Shown: positions 33,878-43,107, counted from the first letter of the stretch. The stretch: DNA of 64,000 nt from Minisyncoccota bacterium (GCA_041663005.1 JBAZRK010000001.1:93360-157359), one strand, 5' to 3'. The notes: generated by a model from the sequence alone, not told the origin. A program made the numbers and translations.

Positions 33878-35528
33878 CAGACAAGGATTTTTTATCCTGA
33901 AATTCGTCATATAGCTTGTAAGGTATAGATAGTTTTGGTGTTCCATTAAGTAATTCAGTATATGTTGGCAACTCATCAAAAACCAACCCATAAAATGCTC
34001 TTAAAAGAGTAAGATTCTTTTGTTTTATAAGGTATTCTTCTGGGTGTGCCATTAAGTTTTTTACATATCCTACAAAAGAGTGGACATCGTTCTCCTGAAC
34101 CTCAATTCCGTTTCTTTGCTCTCTGGTTTCTTCTATGCGTTGATGAAGTTTATTAATCTCTTTTTCAAGTTCTGCTCGTATAATTTCATTTGTTGTAGAA
34201 GTAAACGCATTAATCTTTTGTGTTTTCTCAAAATCAAGTTCTGCTACAGTTGTTCCCACTTTAACAGAAAACTCACCAAGTTCTTTTTCTTTCTCTCTAA
34301 ATTTATTTATCAGTGTTGCTTCAAGGGCTTTCAAAAAGCTTTTGTCTACGTGCTTTAATTTTTCTATGCAGACAGCAAGACCATCTTCAAATTCTTTCTT
34401 TGAAACTCTATATTGCTTGTGATTCCTAGCACAATGATATGCTGGAAAACTCTTGCCAGATTTACCAGTAGATGCACTACCTAAAAATGGTTTTTGACAT
34501 TCAGGGCACAACACAACTTCTTTAAAAGGATATAGGGGATTATCTTTCATTCGTTTTAACTGATGTGGGTTATAATCTTTATGTATCAAAATAGTTCCAT
34601 CCTTTTTCTCTTCAATAAAAAAATTGCCTTTATTTGCTCTGTTGTATTCGTCTATGCTCACCAACCCCTTGTAGTTAGTCCTAATAGGCGTTTTTAGCCA
34701 CTTTTCAGTATTAATTCCTGCATAGATGGGTCTTTGTATTATTTTCTGTAATTGCTTCACTGTAAGCTTTACACCGCCTCTCGAACCCAATATTTTATCT
34801 TTTGACCTTGACCACCTGTTTTGTTTCTTCGAACGATATCCAATAGCATTTATGTGGTCAACAATCTGCTGGTCTGTGTAAATGCCCGAAGCTCTCATTT
34901 CAAACATAGTAATAAAAAAGTGGGCTCGTTTAGGGTCTGAAACTTGAATCATTTTTTTCTTACCCTCAACGTAAATTCTTTCATTTACGAAACCATCATT
35001 TTCTTGCCTAACTTTATACCCTTCTCTTACTAAAGTTGCTTCTGCTCCAATCATTCTAGTAAGAATTTGATTAACTTCAATTTTACCTTGTTGAGCCATA
35101 ACAAGTTCTGTAATTTCACTAGGGCGTGTGATACTCCAGTCATATTCGAGACCAAGGTGTTCAAGAGTATTTTTTGTGGGCTGTATGATACCGTTAGAAT
35201 CAATTAATTGAACACCGTAATCAGCTAGTCGCTTTTTTAGACTTTCATACCCAAGAGTTCCATTTCTTGTAAAACGGTCTATGGAACGAAATATAATAAC
35301 ATCAACTTTTTTGGGAGACTTTTTTATAAAAGAAATAATGTCTTCAATAACAGGTCTGTCGTCTTTTCTACCAGAAAGTTGTTCCTTGAATGTTTTTAAA
35401 ACATCGAGTTTAAATTTTTCAGCAACACCGAGACAGATTTTTTCTTGCACTTCAAGACTTTCACCTTCTTGGGCTTGCTTTGCGGAACTAACTCGGCAAT
35501 AAATAATACAATTCTTATTTTCTTTCAT
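33840..35528 (-). CDS. large serine recombinase (integrase)
   Basis: YCRVSS (catalytic Ser), SGRKDDRP, DRFTR, recombinase domain (PIYAG), Zn-ribbon CPEC...YHC, coiled coil. Confidence 0.92.
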   Translation of the reverse strand: MKENKNCIIYCRVSSAKQAQEGESLEVQEKICLGVAEKFKLDVLKTFKEQLSGRKDDRPVIEDIISFIKKSPKKVDVIIFRSIDRFTRNGTLGYESLKKRLADYGVQLIDSNGIIQPTKNTLEHLGLEYDWSITRPSEITELVMAQQGKIEVNQILTRMIGAEATLVREGYKVRQENDGFVNERIYVEGKKKMIQVSDPKRAHFFITMFEMRASGIYTDQQIVDHINAIGYRSKKQNRWSRSKDKILGSRGGVKLTVKQLQKIIQRPIYAGINTEKWLKTPIRTNYKGLVSIDEYNRANKGNFFIEEKKDGTILIHKDYNPHQLKRMKDNPLYPFKEVVLCPECQKPFLGSASTGKSGKSFPAYHCARNHKQYRVSKKEFEDGLAVCIEKLKHVDKSFLKALEATLINKFREKEKELGEFSVKVGTTVAELDFEKTQKINAFTSTTNEIIRAELEKEINKLHQRIEETREQRNGIEVQENDVHSFVGYVKNLMAHPEEYLIKQKNLTLLRAFYGLVFDELPTYTELLNGTPKLSIPYKLYDEFQDKKSLSVTLPGIEPGLPA

Positions 35529-35712
35529 ATACCAATTTATTGTTGAATGGGCTAATTATAACATTTTTTTCCTCAATTTTTTCACGCCACATAACATAAA
35601 ATGCTTCAGCTAAATCATCTTGTATTTGTCTAGCTTTAATAATCTCTTCTTCTGATAAACCAATATCATCTACATCTCCTAATGCTTTTTTATATTCTTC
35701 AAGTCCTATCAT
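35515..35712 (-). CDS. small helical protein overlapping recombinase start (possible directionality/regulatory factor)
   Basis: MIGLEEYKKALG...LSEEEIIKARQIQDDLAEAFYVMW; start reset to 35712, downstream of the riboswitch terminator. Confidence 0.6.
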   Translation of the reverse strand: MIGLEEYKKALGDVDDIGLSEEEIIKARQIQDDLAEAFYVMWREKIEEKNVIISPFNNKLVYERK

Positions 35713-35808
35713 CCAATACTTTATTCTAATAAAAACCTTGCAAATAAGCTTCAGCTCTATTGTTAAAATTAATAAAAAAACCTTTTCCAGAAGAAAAAGA
35801 TTTACGAC

Positions 35809-35912
35809 AAGCATCCTTCCCTTTAGGGGTTTTGGCTAGCACCGTTGCCACTCGACTGGCTGGTTGCTGGGCGGATTAACGAGCCAAAACTCTACCGCCT
35901 CTCCTGATACTG
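35809..35912 (-). promoter_or_regulatory. SAM-I (or SAM-I/IV) riboswitch-like aptamer with downstream terminator
   Basis: Reverse complement AGTATCAGGAGAGGCGG...CAGCAACC...CGGTGCT...AAGGATGCT; P1 AGUAUC/GAUGCU; terminator AATCTTTTTC/GGAAAAGGTT plus U-run. Confidence 0.7.
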
Positions 35913-36013
35913 ATATTTAATTTTACTTACCTAATAAGGATAGCACGGTTCTAAAACTGACCCTGTAAAACTGTGGACAACTTTTTTAAGCTATATAATA
36001 CAAGGTTCTCAAA

Positions 36014-36163
36014 GAGTCGGAAAATTACCCCTATGAGTGCAAAAACCCCTAAGGATATATGCCCGCTAAAGAGTGCGAAAAGTCCTTTCCTCCTACTATC
36101 GTAGTTGTCTATAAACTCCTTCAAAGAGTGTAAAAACTCCCTCCCAAGGCGTGTAAAAACTCC
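36014..36163 (+). repeat. degenerate 15-bp direct repeats (consensus GAGTGYAAAAACTCC)
   Basis: Copies near 36014, 36035, 36071, ~36104, 36126, 36149. Confidence 0.7.
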
Positions 36164-36220
36164 AAATTTGCCTTTTAACGGTGATTTGTTATAAACTCTA
36201 CTTACAACTGAATAGTGAGC

Positions 36221-36326
36221 GTATCCAGAGCGAGGCGAGAGATTGGACTCAATGACCCTCCAACAACCTACCCAAAGGGCAAGGTGCTATCCACCAAGAT
36301 GACAGAAATGTTGTCGGGAAAGATGC
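36221..36326 (+). promoter_or_regulatory. SAM-I riboswitch-like aptamer with terminator at 36341-36371
   Basis: GTATCCAGAG...GAGAGATTGGACTCAATGA...CAACC...AAGGTGCTA...GGAAAGATGC; P1 GUAUC/GAUGC; TTTCCTC/GAGGAAA plus U-run. Confidence 0.7.
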
Positions 36327-36371
36327 AAAGGTCGAACATTTTTCCTCATTATTAGAGGAAATTTTTATTTT

Positions 36372-36590
36372 ATGGAAGTAGTTAAATTAAGTATTAGACT
36401 TGGTCGTGATTCTTTCCAATATAATTCGGAAGTTCTTAGAAAGAATGGAAAATTTTACTATCGTGCAAATGGTGCAATCATAAAAATAACACCAATTGAG
36501 GCAAGATGTGTTATAAGAAACCCACGTCTTTACTATTTCTCTATTGCCTTGAAACTACACTTATTGATTAACAAAAAGCTTAAATCTTGA
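36372..36590 (+). CDS. small basic hypothetical protein
   Basis: 72-aa ORF starting right after the riboswitch terminator. Confidence 0.5.
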   Translation: MEVVKLSIRLGRDSFQYNSEVLRKNGKFYYRANGAIIKITPIEARCVIRNPRLYYFSIALKLHLLINKKLKS

Positions 36591-36648
36591 TAGTATTAGC
36601 TTACAAGTAAATAAGAGACCTAACTCTTAAAGATTTTCTTTAAGATAT

Positions 36649-36795
36649 GGTCGAAAGACCCATAGAAGATACTGAACCCCACGTGTTCAGCAACCTTCTA
36701 TGGGCTATACAGGGAAACTTGTATAGGGTCGCAAGACCTAGCTGGCGTGGGGTTCTGTGTTTATACCACGCTAGCTATTATCAGCTAGCTTTTTA
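36649..36795 (+). ncRNA. unassigned structured cis-regulatory RNA (riboswitch candidate)
   Basis: Three GNRA-capped hairpins, 10-nt pseudoknot complement, mutually exclusive antiterminator/terminator. Confidence 0.6.
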
Positions 36796-36799
36796 TTTT

Positions 36800-37033
36800 A
36801 TGAAAAAAGAAACAATAATGAGTCAGGTAATAATACTAGTTTTGGGGCTTACTTTAATTTTTATTCTGAGAGAGTTTCTAACAGATAAAATTATAGTGGA
36901 AGCTATGAGAGTTCAAGTAGAAACAATGGCAAGTAGAGCTGGATGTTTTGCTAACGCAAGAGAAAAAAATATTAATGATGGCGATTGCACGAGCATAGAT
37001 ATAACTGCTTACAAACTTTATCCTAAATATTAA
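36800..37033 (+). CDS. small membrane-anchored hypothetical protein
   Basis: MKKETIMSQVIILVLGLTLIFIL; start reset to ATG 36800 after the terminator. Confidence 0.55.
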   Translation: MKKETIMSQVIILVLGLTLIFILREFLTDKIIVEAMRVQVETMASRAGCFANAREKNINDGDCTSIDITAYKLYPKY

Positions 37034-37043
37034 TTATAAATTT

Positions 37044-37688
37044 ATGAAAAAACATCTCACAATTTTGTTTCTCACAGTATTAATAATACCTTCTATCGCT
37101 TCTGCAACTTGGTGGAATCCACTTAGCTGGTCAAAAAATTCCAAGCAAATAGATACCATTGAACCAACATCAACTAAGCCAGTTGAAAAATCTATTCCTG
37201 TATCTGAAACTAAAACCACTGAATCAAAAGTTGTTGAAAGAATAGTAGAAAAACCAACAATCCAAACAATAACCGTGCAAGACCCCGCACTTCAAGCGAG
37301 GGTAAATATTCTTGTGGCGGAAAATGAATCTTTAAAAGCCCAAGTTGGTAGACTCCTTGAATCCAACAAATCACTCAATAAAGAATTATTGGCTTGTGAA
37401 GATACCCCAGCATCTACTTTTTCTGCTGATGACCAATGTGAGTATGCCCAAGATTCTCTAAAAGATTTTCTTGAACAGTATACCGAGTTAAGTGCTGAAA
37501 TAAGTAAGGAGCGAGAGAAAATAAAGAAAAACCCTGAAAGTGCCGAGAAACCTTACATAGATATTTATCATCGTTCTGGATTGAATGCTATGCTCAGTAG
37601 TTTCAATATTTCATCAAGTCAAAAACTCAAACCCCTTATTAAGGGAAAGGAATCTGCTGAATCAGCAGTAGCACTCTATTGCAACTAA
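37044..37688 (+). CDS. secreted coiled-coil hypothetical protein
   Basis: Signal peptide ending ASA-TWWNPLSW, low-complexity linker, coiled coil. Confidence 0.7.
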   Translation: MKKHLTILFLTVLIIPSIASATWWNPLSWSKNSKQIDTIEPTSTKPVEKSIPVSETKTTESKVVERIVEKPTIQTITVQDPALQARVNILVAENESLKAQVGRLLESNKSLNKELLACEDTPASTFSADDQCEYAQDSLKDFLEQYTELSAEISKEREKIKKNPESAEKPYIDIYHRSGLNAMLSSFNISSSQKLKPLIKGKESAESAVALYCN

Positions 37689-37869
37689 AGACCTAGAACT
37701 CTCTTCCTGTGGCATCGTAGAGCTTCCAGAACCTTGTCAGAATCTTGCCATCCGTTTTTTAAAGTATCCTAATTTTCAACGTTTTGGTTTTTGAGGACTG
37801 ATAAGGTAGTGTTAATAGTAAAGTGTCGGAAAATTCTCGTAAACCGTGTAGAAGTATTATACTTAAGTA

Positions 37870-39471
37870 ATGTTTAAAAACGAGAAAGGAGAAACAACTC
37901 TTCATATTGATACAAGGCTTGGAGAACTTACCACAGGTGAACCAAACGTGAACGAAGAAAAACTCAAGCAAGCTTTAAAGGCATACAATTTAAAAGAAGC
38001 CCTTTTAACTTTGTCTGAACTATCAAAAAACATTTTCAACGAAAACATTCCTGAACCATTTCAAAAGATGGGGAAAACTGGGATGCGTCATCCCGCAGGT
38101 TTAATTATTGCACAATTTGCTATTGAATATTTAGCTAGTGTTTTTATTATTTCAGGAGCTAACGATTATAAAAAAGAGAGCGTAAAAACAAAAGACAACA
38201 TATTGGGTCTTTTTAATATATATAATAATTCTCTTATACAACCTGTTTTTTTAGGCAATCATTTATCAACTTTACTTATACCGATGTATTTTGTTCAACT
38301 TAGAAGCCAATTTAGCCCCCAAGACCTTTTCACTAGGCAATGGATGATTTTTAGTGAAATGAGAAAAAAGACTAATAATATTTTTGAAGATATAAACAAA
38401 ATTATTTTTGACAACACAAATCTTACCATTGAAGAAATATCAGGGATTTCTTTTTCAATTTTTGCTTACTTAATACAAAATCCACTATTTAATATAGGAA
38501 ACTTAGAAGGACATACGGTTGAAAGCTTTAAAAATCTTTTAACTAAAGAAAAAATTGATTCATTTTTAAACTTATATACAGCTACTTATTCACAAATTCG
38601 TGAGTTAGACCAAAAGTTAAATCCGATAGACCTTAAAGAATATACAAAAGCCCGATTTAACCCCTTATGGAAAAAGCCAATAATAAAATTAGATGAAAAT
38701 TTATTTTTAGCACCTAGTTTAACAGCTTACACAACCGCAAGCTTTTATGGATTATTCTGGTGGTTTGACGATTACTATCGAGAGCAATCACAGAAGAAGC
38801 AAATGGATTTTAGGAAATATTTTGGAATTTTATTTGAAAATTACGCTGGAGAAGTTCTTTCAGATTTGTATGGAGAAAGTTCACTCAGAAAACAAATAAA
38901 GTATGGATTAAAGGGTAAAAAAATTGATTTTACAGATTGGGTAGTAATTAAAAACGATAAAGCGTATCTTTTTGAAGTTAAGGCATATCAATTTCCTCTA
39001 GAGGTTCTTCAAAAAGGAAAATCTGATGATGTTAGGAAACAGGTAATAAAAAAAATTGTTGAATCAATAAAACAGATATATCAAAGGTCTCAAGACATAC
39101 CTAAGCACAAGGAACTATCAGAGTTCAATAAAAAAGTAATAATCCCAATTGTGGTTTTTTATGATTTGCCTTTTATCTCTACTTCTCCTTCTTTGTATAA
39201 AGACGATATACTCAAAGCTCTTAACGGTTTAGATTCTAAATATAATGGGATTAAAGATTTTAAATATTACCTAATGAATATTGATGAATTGGAAGATTTT
39301 TATTATTGCTCTGATAATATTGAGATAGAGGATATCTTTGAGAATATTAAAGATAACCCAGCCAAAGGGGTTAATTCTGAAATTATTATCCATATAAAAG
39401 ACAAGAGTCGAAAGAATTTTCTCGATAGACAATTTAATAAATATTTAGATGACTTAGTGCCTGAATTATAA
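37870..39471 (+). CDS. hypothetical protein with C-terminal PD-(D/E)xK/NERD-like nuclease motif
   Basis: FGILFENY...TDWVVIKNDKAYLFEVK. Confidence 0.55.
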   Translation: MFKNEKGETTLHIDTRLGELTTGEPNVNEEKLKQALKAYNLKEALLTLSELSKNIFNENIPEPFQKMGKTGMRHPAGLIIAQFAIEYLASVFIISGANDYKKESVKTKDNILGLFNIYNNSLIQPVFLGNHLSTLLIPMYFVQLRSQFSPQDLFTRQWMIFSEMRKKTNNIFEDINKIIFDNTNLTIEEISGISFSIFAYLIQNPLFNIGNLEGHTVESFKNLLTKEKIDSFLNLYTATYSQIRELDQKLNPIDLKEYTKARFNPLWKKPIIKLDENLFLAPSLTAYTTASFYGLFWWFDDYYREQSQKKQMDFRKYFGILFENYAGEVLSDLYGESSLRKQIKYGLKGKKIDFTDWVVIKNDKAYLFEVKAYQFPLEVLQKGKSDDVRKQVIKKIVESIKQIYQRSQDIPKHKELSEFNKKVIIPIVVFYDLPFISTSPSLYKDDILKALNGLDSKYNGIKDFKYYLMNIDELEDFYYCSDNIEIEDIFENIKDNPAKGVNSEIIIHIKDKSRKNFLDRQFNKYLDDLVPEL

Positions 39472-39479
39472 TAATTTAT

Positions 39480-40628
39480 ATGAATATTAGCGAAATAATG
39501 AAAAGTGCTCCCAGATATCTTGCGATGCGGTATGGCTCATTGTATACCTATGTTTGGCAAAGTTTATTTCCCAAGGAATATATAAACAAAGTTCTTTACA
39601 GAATTGACAACCCAAAAGAAAAAAAGGAAAAGTTTTTCCGAATGAAAACAATAGCAGAGGAGGCATCTGTGTTAGTTTTCCTTTTCTATACCAAAAAAAT
39701 GTTAATTGAAGGGGCTAATGCCACAAAGAACACGGTTGATATCCTAAAGGAACTAGATATTAAAGAATTTCGCTTGGGGAAAACAAGGTTTGCTGGAAGA
39801 AACAATAACGTCATATTGGGAGATAGGCTTGCGGAAAGACTTCTACGTTTACTTGATGATGATGTAAAAAGACTTCTTTCAAGAACTGAATATATGTCTC
39901 AAATTATTGACCACTACAGAAGGTTAAGAAACGAGGAACGCACATATAATTATTTATTCGACAAAAAAGAAGCGGAAGTAAAATTAAAAAGATTTTTTGC
40001 AAATGAAAAACCACGCCTACGGACTTTCGGAAATGTTGTAAATCAAGTGTTTGAAGCCTACACTTTTGCCTCTACCATAAAATGGTATCAAAGTAATGAG
40101 TGGTTAGTTCACATAATTAATCCAAAAGTAAAAAGCAAGGGTATTTTTCGGTTGAAATTTTCAACTATGGGTGCACCAAATAAATACAGTTATGCAATAT
40201 GTGAAAAAGGAGAAAAAAAATGCCAAATAAGACACCAGTTAAGAGTAACTACAGAATCCTATCGAGATAAGAATAACTATAGAGCTAATATATGCTGTGA
40301 TATTTCGGTCATAAATAATTTAGATTTGAACCTTTATTCAACTGCTATGGCTATCCCAAACAAGGAATTGATTTCATTTGGTGAAGTTAAACATATGTCT
40401 GCTTTTGCGGAGCTTTTAGCGAACTTTGTTGGATTAGTTCACGAACTACAACCACGTAGATTAAGAACAATTAGAACCAGAAGATGGGCGAGAAATGAAC
40501 ATATTTCACCATTTCTAAACGTCAGTGGGTTTTTGCAACCTACTGCAAAAGGCTTGAATGAAACAATTGAAAAGAGAAAATATGACATTGATGTATACCA
40601 TTATGAAAATAAAATGGTAAATATCTGA
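39480..40628 (+). CDS. putative PD-(D/E)xK restriction-endonuclease-like protein
   Basis: VFEAY...CDISV...FGEVKH. Confidence 0.5.
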   Translation: MNISEIMKSAPRYLAMRYGSLYTYVWQSLFPKEYINKVLYRIDNPKEKKEKFFRMKTIAEEASVLVFLFYTKKMLIEGANATKNTVDILKELDIKEFRLGKTRFAGRNNNVILGDRLAERLLRLLDDDVKRLLSRTEYMSQIIDHYRRLRNEERTYNYLFDKKEAEVKLKRFFANEKPRLRTFGNVVNQVFEAYTFASTIKWYQSNEWLVHIINPKVKSKGIFRLKFSTMGAPNKYSYAICEKGEKKCQIRHQLRVTTESYRDKNNYRANICCDISVINNLDLNLYSTAMAIPNKELISFGEVKHMSAFAELLANFVGLVHELQPRRLRTIRTRRWARNEHISPFLNVSGFLQPTAKGLNETIEKRKYDIDVYHYENKMVNI

Positions 40629-40679
40629 AAGAAATTAAATATATGTTAAAATAGGATAATTTCTAAAAAACAAATTAAA

Positions 40680-41642
40680 ATGATAAAAATTACACTTGAT
40701 ACAAATTGCGTTATAAACCTACTTAACTTTAATGCTGAAACACCTACTTCTGTAGATGAACTTTCCGAAATTATAAAATATGGGCTTGATAGTAATGCTA
40801 ATATCGCTATTACAACCAGAGTTGAAAGCGAATGTGAAGGAGACAAAAATAAAGAACGCAGTAAGGAAATGATACGTAAGATACAAATGTTGCCTGTAAT
40901 TGGCACAGTTGCACGTTGGAATACCTCAAAATGGGATGGCGGTGATGTTTGGGGAGGTCAGGAACACGAAAAGTTGTCTGATGAACTTACAAAAATAATT
41001 TTTCCAGCTCTAAAAAAAGAAGATGCTCACTATAAAAATAAGATAAATGATATTGACCATCTCGTAGGGCACATTATTAATAAAAGAGACATATTTGTAA
41101 CCGATGATGCACAGATTCTTAAAAAATCTGAGACACTTAAAGCAAGTCTCAATTTAACAGTGATGAGTCCAAAACAAGCCCTAGAGTATCTAAATTCTAG
41201 AGGTGATAAAACAATCCTAGTCCAAGATTTTTATGATAAGTTTCTAGAACAGAAAAAATTAATCTTAAAATTTCTCACATCTGAAAAAGATTTGGAACTG
41301 CTCGATAAGTATGAAGAAAATCGTCAATGGTTAATCCGTAAATACCCCAACATTAAAGATGGATTGGGAGATTTTAAAGTGCAACAGATGTCAGTTCCAA
41401 TGGGCGGACAAAGAGCCTTTACTCAAATTGATATTGTTTCTTTGCAGTTCTTTAATAAAAAACTAAATGCCTTGTTGGTGGAAAGAAATCCTCTGAATAT
41501 TCCAGATATTATATCTAATAATCCCGATAGCTACGCTGTCGTTTATTTAAGTGAAGAAGAGAAACTAGGTAAAACCATCAGTTTCTTAAATAAAATAGAG
41601 GATTTACTACTTGGATACTTAGGAAAATTAGAAGGAAAATAA
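40680..41642 (+). CDS. PIN-domain protein
   Basis: ITLDTNCVI...E...DIDHL...DIFVTDD acidic tetrad pattern. Confidence 0.65.
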   Translation: MIKITLDTNCVINLLNFNAETPTSVDELSEIIKYGLDSNANIAITTRVESECEGDKNKERSKEMIRKIQMLPVIGTVARWNTSKWDGGDVWGGQEHEKLSDELTKIIFPALKKEDAHYKNKINDIDHLVGHIINKRDIFVTDDAQILKKSETLKASLNLTVMSPKQALEYLNSRGDKTILVQDFYDKFLEQKKLILKFLTSEKDLELLDKYEENRQWLIRKYPNIKDGLGDFKVQQMSVPMGGQRAFTQIDIVSLQFFNKKLNALLVERNPLNIPDIISNNPDSYAVVYLSEEEKLGKTISFLNKIEDLLLGYLGKLEGK

Positions 41643-42271
41643 TGACCTCAATTAAAGTCTTAAAGAAAAGGTTCGAAGAAGTTACCAATGCTGTCTCTCG
41701 GTTGGTTGATGATAGATATTTTTTCCTTGAATATAAGAAATACCTCGAAGAACACCCGAATATTGATAAAAATAACGAATTTTTATATTTTATAGGTTTA
41801 AATTATGTAGAAACCACTTGTTTGGGGATATTCCGTCAGGTTGACCGCAATCCAAAATCTCAAAGCCTATTAAACATACTAAAGACTATACAAAAAGAAC
41901 ACGAATCTTTTACTCTTGGATTCTTTTGTAGAAAATACAGAAGAAGTAATGCAGGCTTAGGTAATGGAATAAAAGATTTTTCTCAGTTTGCTCTTAAAGA
42001 TGGTAAAAAAATAAGTCCTAAAAAAGTTAAATCCGATATATTGGCTCTTATAAAAATAACCAAACCCATTGTTAAATATAGACACAAATTTGTAGCTCAC
42101 AGAAATATAAGGAAGGTCACAATAAACGTGAAAATGAATGACTTATACACGGTAATTGATTTTTTAGAGAAAATGGTGAGTAAATATCAGCTCCTTATCA
42201 ATCAAGCAGGAATGCCTTCGTTACGTGCAGGAAATTCGCATCCTAATCTGCAAGCCGTCTTTAAAGAATAA
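41642..42271 (+). CDS. HEPN-domain protein, AbiU2-like
   Basis: All-helical, SLLNIL, YRHKFVAHR (Rx4-6H). Confidence 0.6.
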   Translation: MTSIKVLKKRFEEVTNAVSRLVDDRYFFLEYKKYLEEHPNIDKNNEFLYFIGLNYVETTCLGIFRQVDRNPKSQSLLNILKTIQKEHESFTLGFFCRKYRRSNAGLGNGIKDFSQFALKDGKKISPKKVKSDILALIKITKPIVKYRHKFVAHRNIRKVTINVKMNDLYTVIDFLEKMVSKYQLLINQAGMPSLRAGNSHPNLQAVFKE

Positions 42272-42275
42272 TTGT

Positions 42276-42788
42276 ATGAAAACTTCCGCACCTATTTCTA
42301 AAAGTCAAAATTCAGAAAGTATATTTTTTCAAAATATACTTCATTTTCTTTTATCTACTCACATAATACCGCTAAGAGAATATTCTTTGCAGTATGTTCC
42401 AAAAAATCAAGCAAAAATCGTAACTCTAAAAACGAGTTTTGGAGAAGATATATCTACTTATCTTGAAGAATTACCAACACCTTCAGACAAAGATTTTAAT
42501 CAAATTTCAGCCCGTATTTTAATTAATGGATGTTATGAAATCTTTAAAGAAAGTTCTATAAAAGAAATAACTTCTTCTGAAGTGGTTGAATTTTTTCGAC
42601 ATATACGAAACGCATCATCACATAAAGGTAAATTTATATTTAAAAAAGACGAGCCAAGGAAAAAAGCGAAATGGCGAGAGCTGGAGATTACTAGAGACTT
42701 AAACGGCTCTGACCTATTTGATTTTATAGCTATTGGCGATGTCATATTACTTTTACAAGATATTGATGATTGGGAAATCATAAAGTAA
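42276..42788 (+). CDS. HEPN-domain protein
   Basis: FFRHIRNASSHKG (RNxxxH); start reset to ATG 42276. Confidence 0.6.
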   Translation: MKTSAPISKSQNSESIFFQNILHFLLSTHIIPLREYSLQYVPKNQAKIVTLKTSFGEDISTYLEELPTPSDKDFNQISARILINGCYEIFKESSIKEITSSEVVEFFRHIRNASSHKGKFIFKKDEPRKKAKWRELEITRDLNGSDLFDFIAIGDVILLLQDIDDWEIIK

Positions 42789-42974
42789 AACTTTTGACTC
42801 TAGTTCTATAACTGATTGGGTAATTATTCAAATTGCTTTTACGCCATAAAACCTTTATAATAAAGGAGCTTTGAAACATTTAGGAAACAAGTTCAATGTG
42901 AGCGAAAACATTATTCCAAGTAATAATCATATTTTCAATGGAGTTCCATTGCAGATATGGTGAGCTCACTGCGA

Positions 42975-43061
42975 GGAGGCGTGGCTGAGTGGTTGAAGGC
43001 ACCGGTTTCGAAAACCGGCATTGGGGAAACTCAATCGTGAGTTCAAATCTCACCGCCTCCG
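42975..43061 (+). tRNA. tRNA-Ser(CGA)
   Basis: CCGGT-TT-CGA-AA-ACCGG, long variable arm, G discriminator. Confidence 0.95.
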
Positions 43062-43107
43062 CAAAATATCTCATTACATATGTAAGGAGACGTGTAAGGA
43101 GATAAAA

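Larger units (their letters stand above)
33840..42850. mobile_element. AT-rich integrative genomic island at tRNA-Glu (right boundary approximate)
   Basis: Large serine recombinase overlapping tRNA 3' end; drop in GC (spot count 15/60 at 38401-38460); accessory cargo; tRNA-Ser just beyond. Confidence 0.75.

Noticed and set aside
35713-35814. N-terminal extension of ORF 35515..35814
   Set aside because: It overlaps the riboswitch P1 and terminator; ATG at 35712 is more plausible.
36647-36799. N-terminal extension of ORF 36647..37033
   Set aside because: It coincides with a densely structured RNA and terminator; ATG 36800 gives a normal membrane-anchored N-terminus.
29900-42900. Diversity-generating retroelement or retron explanation for the repeats and structured RNAs
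   Set aside because: No reverse transcriptase and no TR/VR pair with adenine-specific mismatches is visible in this window.
42790-42974. attR direct repeat of the tRNA-Glu 3' end
   Set aside because: No matching sequence found by eye; the island's right boundary remains approximate.
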